DNA of 64,000 nt, from assembly GCA_040285745.1 (NCBI GenBank), contig JAUFOR010000002.1, positions 1,426,001-1,490,000 on the forward strand. Direction: 5' to 3'. This document shows, one piece after another, positions 1 through 9,983 of this stretch. The notes beneath the pieces were generated by a model. The model was not told the DNA's origin. It did not search any database and was given only the letters and a program-made list of their open reading frames with translations. Within the stretch, counting starts at the first letter, position 1, and each line of letters begins with the position of its first letter. Made by a program: the position numbers and the translations under genes. This stretch comes from Barthelona sp. PCE (lineage: Eukaryota).

Positions 1-1
1 G

Positions 2-157
2 CACGCAAATGAAAGCGACTTTACATATAAGAAATCCAAAATGCTGATTTTGTCTCGTGAAAAGCGAGGATTTGCTTCATGGGTTGCTTTTCAACCCAAC
101 CTTAACATGGTGACCGATAACAGCCACGTTCCTGATCTCGAAATTAACATAAAATAG
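2..157 (+). CDS. 3' end of an unidentified gene entering from the left (partial)
   Basis: Frame 2 is open from the window edge (HANESDFTYKK...PDLEINIK) to TAG at 155-157, converging on the FAM221 stop at 184. No motif recognised. Confidence 0.45.
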   Translation, partial: HANESDFTYKKSKMLILSREKRGFASWVAFQPNLNMVTDNSHVPDLEINIK

Positions 158-183
158 TAAAAATAATTCATCATTGCTTTTAC

Positions 184-1083
184 TTATCGATAATACTGAT
201 CAATATCCTCATCCTCTTCTTTAAAACGAGGAGTCTGATCGAGTTGGAACCTCTGGTACTGCTTTTGCAACTGGTCGAACGCCTCCCGCCTAGCGTTTGT
301 GTCCTTCTTTCGACGAATGGTGTCATTTCCAGGACGCTTATTTCTGCGCTCTGCCAATCTATTCGGTCTGCGTCTACGCGGCTTCAAGTTCTGTTTGAGA
401 TTGCTCACAGCGTTCTGTACAATAGTAGCGTTCGGATCATCAATTTCTTCGACTTGAGCAACCTGCATGTTATCAATGTTTGTTTGGGCAATCATACGCG
501 CCTCAGCCTTCGTTGTGTCATCCACCAATGACGAAAAATTGACAATACCGCCCATGTTAAGCTGCATCGCGTTCGGTACTCTGTTATCAACAGGTCTTCC
601 GTTTGCTATTCGTTCATCTCTTGTTTCAAATATCGTTCTGTGATTTGCGTACGGTTCTCCACATGTACATGTGTAAGAGCTGTGGAAGCCATCACAATTA
701 CATAAGCGACATTTGTGAGGCGGCTTCACATCATGATCTGTGGCACTGTGCTTACACATGCATCTCACGCGCCATGTTCCTGCGCTAGGAAGATATTTGA
801 AGCGCCTACACCTGCAATCACGGCAGTTTGCGCGCTTTCTGCCGGTATCCTCGTCCAGATCTTTGTTATGATCGCGGAAACGATGAGAACAGAAACAAAG
901 TGAACTAGGACCTATTTCCTTGCATGTTGCGCCCTGTGAATTCACATATGCGACATATACCCTCAGATGTGCGTTTTCAATTTGTTTGCGCTGAAATTCT
1001 ATAAATTGCTCCTCAGTCATGAGATTATCCCCCAAATCCCCGGTAATATTGACATAGTCGATGTACGCCTGTATGTGATTCAT
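184..1083 (-). CDS. FAM221-family (DUF4475) Cys/His-rich protein
   Basis: IGPSSLCFCSHRFRDH, CxCKHSATDH and CDGFHSSYTCTCGEPYANHRTIFETRDER...GRPV match FAM221A/B as recalled. May have an extra 5' exon (see findings). Confidence 0.8.
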   Translation of the reverse strand: MNHIQAYIDYVNITGDLGDNLMTEEQFIEFQRKQIENAHLRVYVAYVNSQGATCKEIGPSSLCFCSHRFRDHNKDLDEDTGRKRANCRDCRCRRFKYLPSAGTWRVRCMCKHSATDHDVKPPHKCRLCNCDGFHSSYTCTCGEPYANHRTIFETRDERIANGRPVDNRVPNAMQLNMGGIVNFSSLVDDTTKAEARMIAQTNIDNMQVAQVEEIDDPNATIVQNAVSNLKQNLKPRRRRPNRLAERRNKRPGNDTIRRKKDTNARREAFDQLQKQYQRFQLDQTPRFKEEDEDIDQYYR

Positions 1084-1244
1084 TGTAAATGCAAAGTGTT
1101 ACGTCAAAAAAAGGGGAAGTAAACAAAAACAAATAAAGTGATTATCCAACATACTATTCTTGTGTGGTTTAAAGTATGTAACATCCACTAAATGCACATT
1201 TCGGTAATTAAAATAACAAGCTTTATTATACAAAACTACAAATT

Positions 1245-2495
1245 CTACTCTTCCTTACTCTTGAGATATTCCTTTGTTAGGTCATCAGCATCAACCAGAT
1301 CGAAAACAAATGAGTTAATCAACACCTGTTCTCCAATCTTAAAGGTGCCTTCAAAACCACCGGTGAAGCGTTCCAAAAACTTTCCTCCTACAAAACCACT
1401 GTTCCTCGATGGTACTTCAAAAATAGAGATAGTCTCGTTTTCGAACTTCTTGATCACAAATTTCCTTCCAGCTCGATCTCCCTGCATTGTTGCCAAGAAG
1501 TTCATGTCAGGGTCAGCATCGACGACAATCACTTCCTCTGTCTCTTCCTTCTCTTCCTCGCACGTGGTGTTCTGCTCAATGCCCATCTCAGCAAAATAAC
1601 GATAAGTGAATGCATCACAGTGAGTAATATACATTTCTCTTCCGAAGATGTTCACAACACTTTCTGTGCGGAGGTCATCCATCGTGAGAAGCTTGTTGCG
1701 CTTCAAGAACGCAACAGAGGGCCTACCGTTAACGATCTCATACAGTTCAGTCGTGTCATCAGCCAAAAAGAAGTGCAGGGTAAAGTGACGTAGCTCACCA
1801 AAGGGTTGGCCTCTTGTGTCCCAATACAACCAGAAACGCAATACCTTGCCGTCATACTGCAAGAATTGACCACGACGATCGACCTTGACCTTCTTTGGCT
1901 TAGTAGGAAGCTCAGGACATTCAGTTTGAGGATCAGGCTCATTTGCCTTCTGTTCAAAGCCGGAGCACTTGTAGAACTCACGTGTGAAGTCGTCACAAGA
2001 CCAAATGTAAAAGTCACGGCCATAAATGTGGGCAACTTCACCAACCTTAATATTGGTCCAGTGAATGTGCTTGCCTGGCTTGAGGAACGCTCCCTGTGTG
2101 AGGCCGGAGTTGGGCTCGTTGGGCTCAAACAAAGAGCAAGTATCAGAATCCAGGAAATAGTTCAGATAAAGCTTACGTAATACCTTCTCATCTACACCAA
2201 CGTCATCGTAGAAGCAGGCGAGGAAGCGGAGGGACATTCTGTCGTACTTAACGTATTGTGGGACATTTTCATCACCATCAGTAGCTAGCTTGGGAAGGGG
2301 ATGTTCTGTTGGGGTAGATTCCTGAACGTTTTCGTCCACGACAACGGGGAGACCATTGCAGAAGTCAAACTTATGACCTTTGGCAAAATTAGTCTTCTAA
2401 AAATTAGGAAATCGAATTATATTATGGTAAACGAAATTACATACCCTCGGATCAACGCCGGGCTGCAGGCCTGGGAGGAAAGGTAGGTTGCTCAT
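1245..2495 (-). CDS. EFHC1/EFHC2/Rib72-like DM10-domain axonemal protein; join(2495-2445, 2396-1245), ~400 aa
   Basis: Exon 1 MSNLPFLPGLQPGVDPR splices in phase 0 to KTNFAKGHKFDFCNG, the typical EFHC N-terminus. DM10 motifs include YDRMSLRFLACF, YDGKVLRFWLYWD and ISIFE...RNSGFVGGKFLER. Confidence 0.9.
2397..2444 (-). other. 48-nt spliceosomal intron in EFHC/Rib72 gene
   Basis: Minus strand reads GTATGT...CCTAATTTTTAG. Removing it eliminates an in-frame TAG and joins two homologous coding pieces. Confidence 0.9.
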
Positions 2496-2590
2496 CTTCA
2501 AAACTTTTAGAAAGGGGGTGAATAAACCGAAACAAACCGTTTCACGGTTTCTCACCCTTTTAATCTGTATCATACCCACATAGCAATATA

Positions 2591-3016
2591 ATGCCACCAA
2601 AGAAGAAAAAGCAAGAATCAGACGAAGTGTTAGAACGTTTTTCTGCCAGATTCACATTCGATAATGACTCTATGTATGAAGGAGAGTTTATTAAGTCAGC
2701 AGAGGGGCCTATTCGTTCAGGACATGGTAAATTTATTTGTCCATTGTTTGAATATAACGGGGAATGGAATAATGATGTTATAGAAGGTGTAGGAGAAGTC
2801 TCATTCCACACAGGCGCAAAATACAACGGGCAGTTCGTCAACAACAAGTTCCACGGTGACGGAGAGTATGTATGGCCTGCTTCAGATGAACATAGATTAT
2901 GTATTAGATTTGTTGGTCAATTTAGTTATAATGAGATGCTTACAGGAAGTTTCTATGACCAAGAAGGGTTTATTTATCAAGGTAAAGTAGATGAAATGCT
3001 CTTAACATTGGAGTAG
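2591..3016 (+). CDS. Small MORN-repeat protein (MORN2-like)
   Basis: MORN repeats YEGEF...SGHGKF, YNGEWNNDVIEGVGEV and YNGQFVNNKFHGDGEYVWP. Confidence 0.85.
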   Translation: MPPKKKKQESDEVLERFSARFTFDNDSMYEGEFIKSAEGPIRSGHGKFICPLFEYNGEWNNDVIEGVGEVSFHTGAKYNGQFVNNKFHGDGEYVWPASDEHRLCIRFVGQFSYNEMLTGSFYDQEGFIYQGKVDEMLLTLE

Positions 3017-3035
3017 AGGGAAAAAGCTTTGTAAA

Positions 3036-4313
3036 TCAGAAATTGTAAGGGTTACTATATTCATTATAATCATTGTTTCTGTTCAGTTCTATGACGCTGT
3101 AGTCCTCCATTACCTCAGAAGCACCACTATCAATTTTTTCAATTGCCAGCTTCAAATTTTGAACAACATTGACATTTCCTATCTTATCTCCCAGGAATAT
3201 GCGGAAGAAGTACTGTGTCAACGCTATGATGGGCAGGGGCTTCTTAAAATACTCCAATGACTCCAACAACAAGCAGGTAAAGACATCCATTTCGTTCTCG
3301 GCGCCGAGGATGCTTTTCTGATCAACGTCCTCTCTAGTGAGTTCTAGCAAATCGTATAACAGCTCCTTTAACCCAAAGAAGCGCTCTCTTACGCTTAAAT
3401 TCACTTGTAACAGTTCCTCAAATCTTTTAACTGCGTTTATCTTCTCTTCTTCAGTGGGGCTCTTGCCGAGTTGTCCCCATTTGTTACTTGCAATAGAAAG
3501 CTGTGAGATTTCAAAAAAGCGCTCATCTGCACGAGTGTATTTTTCAACAAAAAGTTCAAATATGCTAAAGTCCTTGCTAAAGTAATAAAACACACGCCAG
3601 AAAAACTCAACTTCCAATACACTTTCCTTAAAAACCAAAGAAAAATTGCTTTTTTTTTGCAATTTCGAAAAAAGAGCCTTGATACTGTCTATAATCACAT
3701 TTAGCATCTCTAGCATATCGATTTCGCCCCTTAGCTCCTTATTAAGCTTGTCCTTTGCATGAAAAACCTCATTAAATGAGACATTTTGAAAAAAATTCTC
3801 AATAGAGTGGCGAGAAGCATAACAATCACATAAACTCATCCATTCAGGCGCGATATCCATTCTATTAGGCCCTTCGAAGTCCTTAATAAGAAATATACTG
3901 TTTCTATGTGTATAATTCTCACCATTATGTTCGCTTACATGCTCTTCTTGAAATACCAACTCCATACCATCAATCACGCCGGATCTGTGGTACTCGGCCT
4001 GTTGAGTGGATGGATTGATGTATCTAAAGGCATCCTTATACTGTATGCTACGTGTGAGAAAGAAAGGGAGAAAACTCTCGATTGTGTATGGGAGTCTGAT
4101 TCTTTCTTTCAGCTTCGGGAGAATAAGAGTGACATCAGGTGTTGGGGCTGGATATAAATTACCAATCTCGCATAGCAACTTCTCAATCCATGAATTTTCA
4201 CTATTGTTCGGATTAACGGTTAATCGCAAGTATGAAGCATTGATTTCACTGTGCATGAGGAAGTGAGCCCAATAGGAAAGTGTGAAAAACTTGAATACAC
4301 TTTCACCTCCCAT
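3036..4313 (-). CDS. Hypothetical protein; possibly a degenerate VPS9-like C-terminal domain
   Basis: 425-aa ORF filling the gap between neighbours. ILGAENEMDVFTCLLL loosely resembles the VPS9 GADDLLPVL motif (weak). Confidence 0.65.
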   Translation of the reverse strand: MGGESVFKFFTLSYWAHFLMHSEINASYLRLTVNPNNSENSWIEKLLCEIGNLYPAPTPDVTLILPKLKERIRLPYTIESFLPFFLTRSIQYKDAFRYINPSTQQAEYHRSGVIDGMELVFQEEHVSEHNGENYTHRNSIFLIKDFEGPNRMDIAPEWMSLCDCYASRHSIENFFQNVSFNEVFHAKDKLNKELRGEIDMLEMLNVIIDSIKALFSKLQKKSNFSLVFKESVLEVEFFWRVFYYFSKDFSIFELFVEKYTRADERFFEISQLSIASNKWGQLGKSPTEEEKINAVKRFEELLQVNLSVRERFFGLKELLYDLLELTREDVDQKSILGAENEMDVFTCLLLESLEYFKKPLPIIALTQYFFRIFLGDKIGNVNVVQNLKLAIEKIDSGASEVMEDYSVIELNRNNDYNEYSNPYNF

Positions 4314-4351
4314 TTCTCAACACGTTTGTTTGTATATATGATTTTTAACGT

Positions 4352-4948
4352 ATGAAACTTGATGAATCTGTATTGTCCAACGCACCACGGTACTCAAATG
4401 CACTGGGAATGAGAGAATTAAATCTTTCCAAATTTTCTCTCACTGATTTGGATGCTTTCCAAGATTATAGGGATTTGTATGACAGCATTCGCCTAGCACA
4501 CAATCGGTTAACGAGTGATTCTTTCACTTCTTTCGGTCTTCTTCAACGACTACAGTTTCTTGATCTCTCACACAACAGAATAGAGAGTTTTTCAAGTAGT
4601 TTCACAATTAAGGTGCCCAATGTAGAGGATTTAGTCCTGGAAAATAATAGAATTGCATCAGTACAAGATTTGGAATCATTAAAAAATTTGAAAAAGTTAA
4701 CTACTCTCATATTAATCGGTAATCCAATCACAGAGATTGAAGGATACCCTTGTAACGTATTAGAAGCACTTCCACAGGTACGCTACCTTGATTATCAAAA
4801 AAAGAATTTCTACTTTACACAATCAGGTTCATCATCAGATGAAACGGAACAAACTGATAATATAGATAAAGATGAAGTGCGCAGGCAACTTCAAAACGCA
4901 ACGTCATTAGTTGAAGCAATGCGTCTAAGATCATTACTTGAAGAATAA
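4352..4948 (+). CDS. SNRPA1: U2 snRNP protein A' (Lea1)
   Basis: N-terminus MKLDESVLSNAPRYSNALGMRELNL, LRRs, LRR cap (LIGNPIT...LPQVRYLDYQK) and C-terminal LQNATSLVEAMRLRSLL. Confidence 0.88.
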   Translation: MKLDESVLSNAPRYSNALGMRELNLSKFSLTDLDAFQDYRDLYDSIRLAHNRLTSDSFTSFGLLQRLQFLDLSHNRIESFSSSFTIKVPNVEDLVLENNRIASVQDLESLKNLKKLTTLILIGNPITEIEGYPCNVLEALPQVRYLDYQKKNFYFTQSGSSSDETEQTDNIDKDEVRRQLQNATSLVEAMRLRSLLEE

Positions 4949-5097
4949 ATTTAATTACATTCTTATTGAGTATTTTAGTGGCTAAACAGATAAGGAAAAT
5001 ATACTACAGTGCTGTTCCTGTGTAATATCTCAGAAAGAAGTTTTCTGACAATGTTTTATTACTTACTTCCTTCACCGAGCAAGACCGTCTATTCTCA

Positions 5098-6303
5098 ATG
5101 TTTCCGAGACTTAACTGGACAAAGCCCGCAGCCAATGAAGCAACAGATGCCGGTTTAGCAGAACAGTTTGATACACCAATTGAAATGTCTCGTGAATCTT
5201 TCACACAATACGTTGATTTTTTGCGTCAAGGTAAGGTTCCTGCGATAGAACCTCTTGTTCAGCATCTCACAACACATAAACAAAACCTACGCAACTTACC
5301 TAATGTTATCCGCTTCCGTTGTGATCGTGGAAAGAAGAAGGTTGTCGTAGTCGGTGATCTGCATGGTCGTTTCTTTGATTTGGCACAGATTTTAGACCAT
5401 TATAACATTTGGGATGCCGAACGTGAAACTGATATTCCTTACATGGTTTTTAACGGTGATTTCGTCGATAGAGGCTACTACTCTCTCGGAGTCATGGTTA
5501 CTCTGCTTTATTTAAGACACTTATTCCCCCGTCGTGTCTTTTTGAATAGAGGAAATCACGAAAGCAGATACTCTACCTTATTATACGGTTTTCATTCCCA
5601 ATTAGTGAGAGACTATGGTGAAGAGAACGTCTCAATTATCTACGAGTGTTTTGTTGACGTATTCCAATGTCTACCGCTCATCTCAGTCATCCATGATACT
5701 GTCGCTGTCGTCCACGGTGGTGTTCCCATCAAGATGGTCGATGGAGATCTAACGACACCTGCAAGCGACGAGAATAGAATCGAATACGATGACACCGAGT
5801 GCTACTCCTTGACTGAAATTAACCGCGTCAATCGTTTCCAAGAACCTGATGGGTCCTTGGTTATGAATAACATGATGTGGGCCGACCCTCTCGAGCAGGC
5901 AGCGCCCACCATTCTTCCGAGTTCACGAGGCATGTCATATCAATGGCCACCTCAATACACTCATTCGTTTCTGCGTGTCAACCATCTTCGAATGTTGATC
6001 AGGTCTCATGAGCTCGTCTCAGAGCCCAAATCCATGCATAACGGTCGATGTGTGACTGTATTTACTGCCGCCAGATACGTTGGTGATGATAATCAAGGTT
6101 TTGTGTTAGAATTTACTCCACAAGGTTTAACAAGAGATCCGCCAAGATACACAACTCGTTTCTTCCCCCGTGCAGCCGAGATTGGTGGATTTAAGAACGA
6201 TCACAATCCATTCGACGCCTTGGCCAATAACTTTGATTTATTGCAAAGTTTGTTAGGTGAAAATGTTGATTTAAAGCAAAAGATCGATAAAAGTGAGAAT
6301 TAA
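5098..6303 (+). CDS. PPP-family Ser/Thr protein phosphatase (PP5/PP7/PPEF-like catalytic domain only)
   Basis: GDLHG, FNGDFVDRG, RGNHE, HGG, WADP, SRG and IRSHE motifs. No TPR or EF-hand seen. Confidence 0.9.
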   Translation: MFPRLNWTKPAANEATDAGLAEQFDTPIEMSRESFTQYVDFLRQGKVPAIEPLVQHLTTHKQNLRNLPNVIRFRCDRGKKKVVVVGDLHGRFFDLAQILDHYNIWDAERETDIPYMVFNGDFVDRGYYSLGVMVTLLYLRHLFPRRVFLNRGNHESRYSTLLYGFHSQLVRDYGEENVSIIYECFVDVFQCLPLISVIHDTVAVVHGGVPIKMVDGDLTTPASDENRIEYDDTECYSLTEINRVNRFQEPDGSLVMNNMMWADPLEQAAPTILPSSRGMSYQWPPQYTHSFLRVNHLRMLIRSHELVSEPKSMHNGRCVTVFTAARYVGDDNQGFVLEFTPQGLTRDPPRYTTRFFPRAAEIGGFKNDHNPFDALANNFDLLQSLLGENVDLKQKIDKSEN

Positions 6304-6438
6304 GAGTTTCGCATATCATATTATATTATTAATTTATGTAAAAAATCATTTACTTTTTTGTTTCGTATATTTATACCTCCTTCTATAATCCTTTTTGTTG
6401 ATAAATATTACTGCTGAGCATTAAAATACCTAACCAAA

Positions 6439-7959
6439 ATGACTATGTTGCTGCTTGAATCTAAACCAAGATCTAAATACGATCTAAAGAATATTGCGGG
6501 TTGGTTCACAATTGTCGTTATAATCCTGTGTGTTTTTGTCATGATTTGGAGTTCCCTTCGGCATAACCACATTTATAGCAAGGAATATCTTCGTTTTTTG
6601 GATGAGTATCCTGGTTATGGATATAGTCAACTCAGTTCTGGACTTTACCTTATTGATACTGTTCGTCAGGAGCTGTTCCACAACTTGAAGAGTTACGTGT
6701 ACTTAGATAACACTGCATCATTAATGGCTCCGACTGATAATTTTGATCACAGCCTTCACTTTTTTAAAACACATTTTTTGGCTAATCCACACTCTGCTGT
6801 TGGCAACAGTATATCCCCTTCCACAAAAACAGATGCTGAAGTTGATGTAACTCGAGAAAAAATTGCAAAAATGTTTGGGATTAATACAAAAAATTACACC
6901 ATCGCATTCACAAGCGGTGCCACTGGTGCACTACATCTCATCGGTGAGTCCTTTAACTGGACGAATAATTCTTTATTCATTGTTTGTAGATTTAATCATC
7001 TTAGTGTTATAGGAATAAGAGAATTGGCAAAAGATAGGGGTGCTGCTTATATCGCTCTGCTCCCTGATGAAATTCTTCCTTTTTTAACAGCAAATGCAAC
7101 AAATTATGATACGATATTGGTCGGAATGCCGGTTGCAAGTAACTTTGACGGTTCACTTTGGTTGGAGGACTTTTTTGCTCCACTCCGTCAATTTAGCAAC
7201 GTAAATGTGTTGGCAGACGTCGCTGCCTATGTACCGTCGCATAAGTTAGACATATCAACATTCCCTGCCGACTTCTTTGCCGTTTCCTTCTATAAAATGG
7301 TTGGTTACCCTACAGGAGTCGGTGTCATGATATGTAACACCAATGTGGCTAACAGAGCACTCAGGAAAAGGTATTTTGGAGGCGGAACTGTCAAATTCGT
7401 CAATCCCCAAACAGATGATATTGTATTCAGCAAAAGCACACCATACCGACGTTGGGAAGACGGTACCATTAATTTCTATGATGCTGCAGCTCTTTCAATT
7501 GGGATAGACCATTTTAATTGGCTTGGAGTAGATCGAATCAACAACCACACGTTTTCTCTTGCAGATTACACTCGTGACATATTAGGAAATCTTGTTCATT
7601 CAAACGGTTCTCCCATGGTCTATCTGTACAAATCCCCTAGTTCAAATCCACGTCAGGCATCTATTATTAGCTTCCAGGTTCTTAACAAAACCGGATATGC
7701 AGTAGACCCCAAGATTGTCAACGACGCGTTACTAGATAATTACATCGTCACACGAAAGGGTGCACATTGCAACTACGGATCCGCGCTTTACTTTAACAAC
7801 GAATGGGACGGACTGTGCACTAAACCGAGAACACATGAGTTTCCGGGTGTAAGGGGTGGTTGTCCGTTTGGCGTTGTACGTGTCTCTATTGGTGCATATA
7901 ACACATTTAATGATGTTAGAATCATGCTTGTCACGTTGGAAAAAGAGTTCAAACAATAA
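6439..7959 (+). CDS. Molybdenum-cofactor-sulfurase-like PLP enzyme (aminotransferase class V) with N-terminal TM segment and no MOSC domain
   Basis: VYLDNTA, ANPHS, FTSGATGAL, NHLSVIGIRE, SNFDG, SFYKMVGYPTGVG (PLP Lys), WEDGTINF, RKGAHCN (catalytic Cys) and GVVRVSIG. Confidence 0.85.
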   Translation: MTMLLLESKPRSKYDLKNIAGWFTIVVIILCVFVMIWSSLRHNHIYSKEYLRFLDEYPGYGYSQLSSGLYLIDTVRQELFHNLKSYVYLDNTASLMAPTDNFDHSLHFFKTHFLANPHSAVGNSISPSTKTDAEVDVTREKIAKMFGINTKNYTIAFTSGATGALHLIGESFNWTNNSLFIVCRFNHLSVIGIRELAKDRGAAYIALLPDEILPFLTANATNYDTILVGMPVASNFDGSLWLEDFFAPLRQFSNVNVLADVAAYVPSHKLDISTFPADFFAVSFYKMVGYPTGVGVMICNTNVANRALRKRYFGGGTVKFVNPQTDDIVFSKSTPYRRWEDGTINFYDAAALSIGIDHFNWLGVDRINNHTFSLADYTRDILGNLVHSNGSPMVYLYKSPSSNPRQASIISFQVLNKTGYAVDPKIVNDALLDNYIVTRKGAHCNYGSALYFNNEWDGLCTKPRTHEFPGVRGGCPFGVVRVSIGAYNTFNDVRIMLVTLEKEFKQ

Positions 7960-7973
7960 AAATCACAAATAGT

Positions 7974-8363
7974 TTATTCCTCAACAAGAGCAGTACAAAC
8001 GATTTCAATGAGAGCAGCCTTAGGAAGGGCAGCAGCTTGATAGCAGGCACGTGCAGGGAACTCACCGTTAAAATATGTACGATAAACAGCATCAACCTTA
8101 GAGAAATCGTTAATATCAGCAAGAAGAACTTCCATCTTCAGAACACTATCAATAGATGAACCACCAGCCTCAAGAACGGCTAAGATGTTGTTCATACACT
8201 GTTGAGCTTGACCGACGACATCATCAGACACAAAAGCACCTGTTCCAGGTACTAAACCAATCTGACCACTTAAGTAGAGTACACCATTGGCCTTGGTACA
8301 TTGGCTGTAGCTTCCAACAGCAGCGGGGGCGTTGGGGGTTGAGATAATTTCACGAGAAGGCAT
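7974..8363 (-). CDS. ridA: RidA/YjgF/UK114 enamine-imine deaminase
   Basis: APAAVGSYSQ, LYLSGQIGL, FPARACY (catalytic Arg) and LPKAALIEI. Confidence 0.93.
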   Translation of the reverse strand: MPSREIISTPNAPAAVGSYSQCTKANGVLYLSGQIGLVPGTGAFVSDDVVGQAQQCMNNILAVLEAGGSSIDSVLKMEVLLADINDFSKVDAVYRTYFNGEFPARACYQAAALPKAALIEIVCTALVEE

Positions 8364-8591
8364 AATAAAAAGAAAGCTGAAATATTAGGATCTAAAATGT
8401 TGTTGTGGAATTTGCATGAAATAAAAAGAAATGAATGTGTGCTAATCTTTGAAAATATCACTTTGTATATGATCAGGCAAGAAAATGTTTACATTTATCA
8501 ATATTTTCTTTATTTACAGCAGTAAAAGTCGCCATACGTCGTCCAATAATAGTATAAAGAGAAAATAGATAGCTGAAAAGATAATGCGCAT

Positions 8592-9983
8592 TTATTCAAA
8601 ATGGATAGTGATATCCTTGCCTGTATCCGTACTTTCAAGCTTGTACGAATCAGACTCATCCGTGGACATCATCATACACAGCGACTGCATGGCAAGACCA
8701 GCACGTACACGGTCAGAAGTGACTGATGTGGCAAACTTGGGAAGCAAGTCATTAACAAGTGAGACATCCTGTATAGAGTTGCTTGAATCTCTGATGTTCC
8801 TCAGTGTGTTTTGGAACGATCTTGTGAAACCATCCACTGCATCATGCAAGTCTCTCACAGCAGAAAAAATTCGAACACTGGGACTGGGACGATATGATGG
8901 GTCCTCGTTCTGAGGCTCCATTGTGTGTGAAGGAAGGTCAGGCATTGATCCTATTTCATCCAACATCGGCAAATCTGGTAGATCAAGGTCACTCATGTTT
9001 CCGGGCTCAAATCCCATTGGAGAGATACTTGAGAGGTCTGCTGAGGGTCTGGGCGTTTTGCGCTGCTGGACAGCGGACAAATCCGTCCTGTGCGAAATGA
9101 TGGAGGCTTCTCTCAATTTTTCAACTTCTTCCACAAAACTCATCCTCTTATTCGAGTCTACATCAAAAAAGTCATACAATGCGGTGAACGTATCAGCTAT
9201 TCTCTGAACCTTACTGGGAAGAAATGGTTGTTTTCTATGAATAGACTTCCCACCTTTGAGGATCTCATCCTCATTCATCTTAATTCCTGCCTTACGCTTC
9301 TTTCTCTTGATCTTCAGCTCCTGTCTGCTCTCTTCAACTGACTCATGCTCAAGCTCCTCGTTCTCTGGTTCCTTGGATTCTTCAATACCCATGATTTCTT
9401 CTTGTAAATCTGGTAGGTCTGGAAGGTCTGGGATATCTAAATCTTCGGCGGGAAGCGGAGGAAGACCCAGTGCATCAATTTGAATCTCACTCATTGACTT
9501 CTCCTCTTCTTCCTCAAGAAGCATATGCAAGTTTAATCCAGAAAGCAATGATTCTCCTGTAAACCCCATTACTGATTCGTCGTGGCGGAGTTGCTCAATG
9601 CTATCGTCGAAATTAGAAATGAAACTTAACGTTTCAGGTAAATCTTTAGTAACCTCTTTAAAAACAGCATCTTTTTGTGCCCTGGTCATTGTAATCGACT
9701 TCTTGTCGGCAATACGGTTCACCTTCTGCTCAAGTCCGACAGACATTTCTTGATTAAGCTTCTTAACTGCAGATTCGACATCCTTAAACACAAAATTACA
9801 TTTGCGGGAATATATTTGAATTAACCCATGAAGTAAGATGGAGCCCATATACATGTTAATGACCTCACCAGGATTTTTAACCTTCTCAGTGAGCTTCTGG
9901 AAGTCTGCTACCATTACATGCTGCTTTGCAATTTTTGAGATGTTTAATGCTGCGTTCCATATCAGTTTTAAACGCTCATCCAT
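8592..9983 (-). CDS. Alpha-kleisin cohesin subunit (Rad21/Rec8 family)
   Basis: N-terminal LKLIWNAA...GSILLHGLIQIYSRKCNFVFKD, an acidic disordered middle, and a degenerate winged-helix-like C-terminus (DRVRAGLAMQSLCMM...GKDITI). Confidence 0.8.
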   Translation of the reverse strand: MDERLKLIWNAALNISKIAKQHVMVADFQKLTEKVKNPGEVINMYMGSILLHGLIQIYSRKCNFVFKDVESAVKKLNQEMSVGLEQKVNRIADKKSITMTRAQKDAVFKEVTKDLPETLSFISNFDDSIEQLRHDESVMGFTGESLLSGLNLHMLLEEEEEKSMSEIQIDALGLPPLPAEDLDIPDLPDLPDLQEEIMGIEESKEPENEELEHESVEESRQELKIKRKKRKAGIKMNEDEILKGGKSIHRKQPFLPSKVQRIADTFTALYDFFDVDSNKRMSFVEEVEKLREASIISHRTDLSAVQQRKTPRPSADLSSISPMGFEPGNMSDLDLPDLPMLDEIGSMPDLPSHTMEPQNEDPSYRPSPSVRIFSAVRDLHDAVDGFTRSFQNTLRNIRDSSNSIQDVSLVNDLLPKFATSVTSDRVRAGLAMQSLCMMMSTDESDSYKLESTDTGKDITIHFE

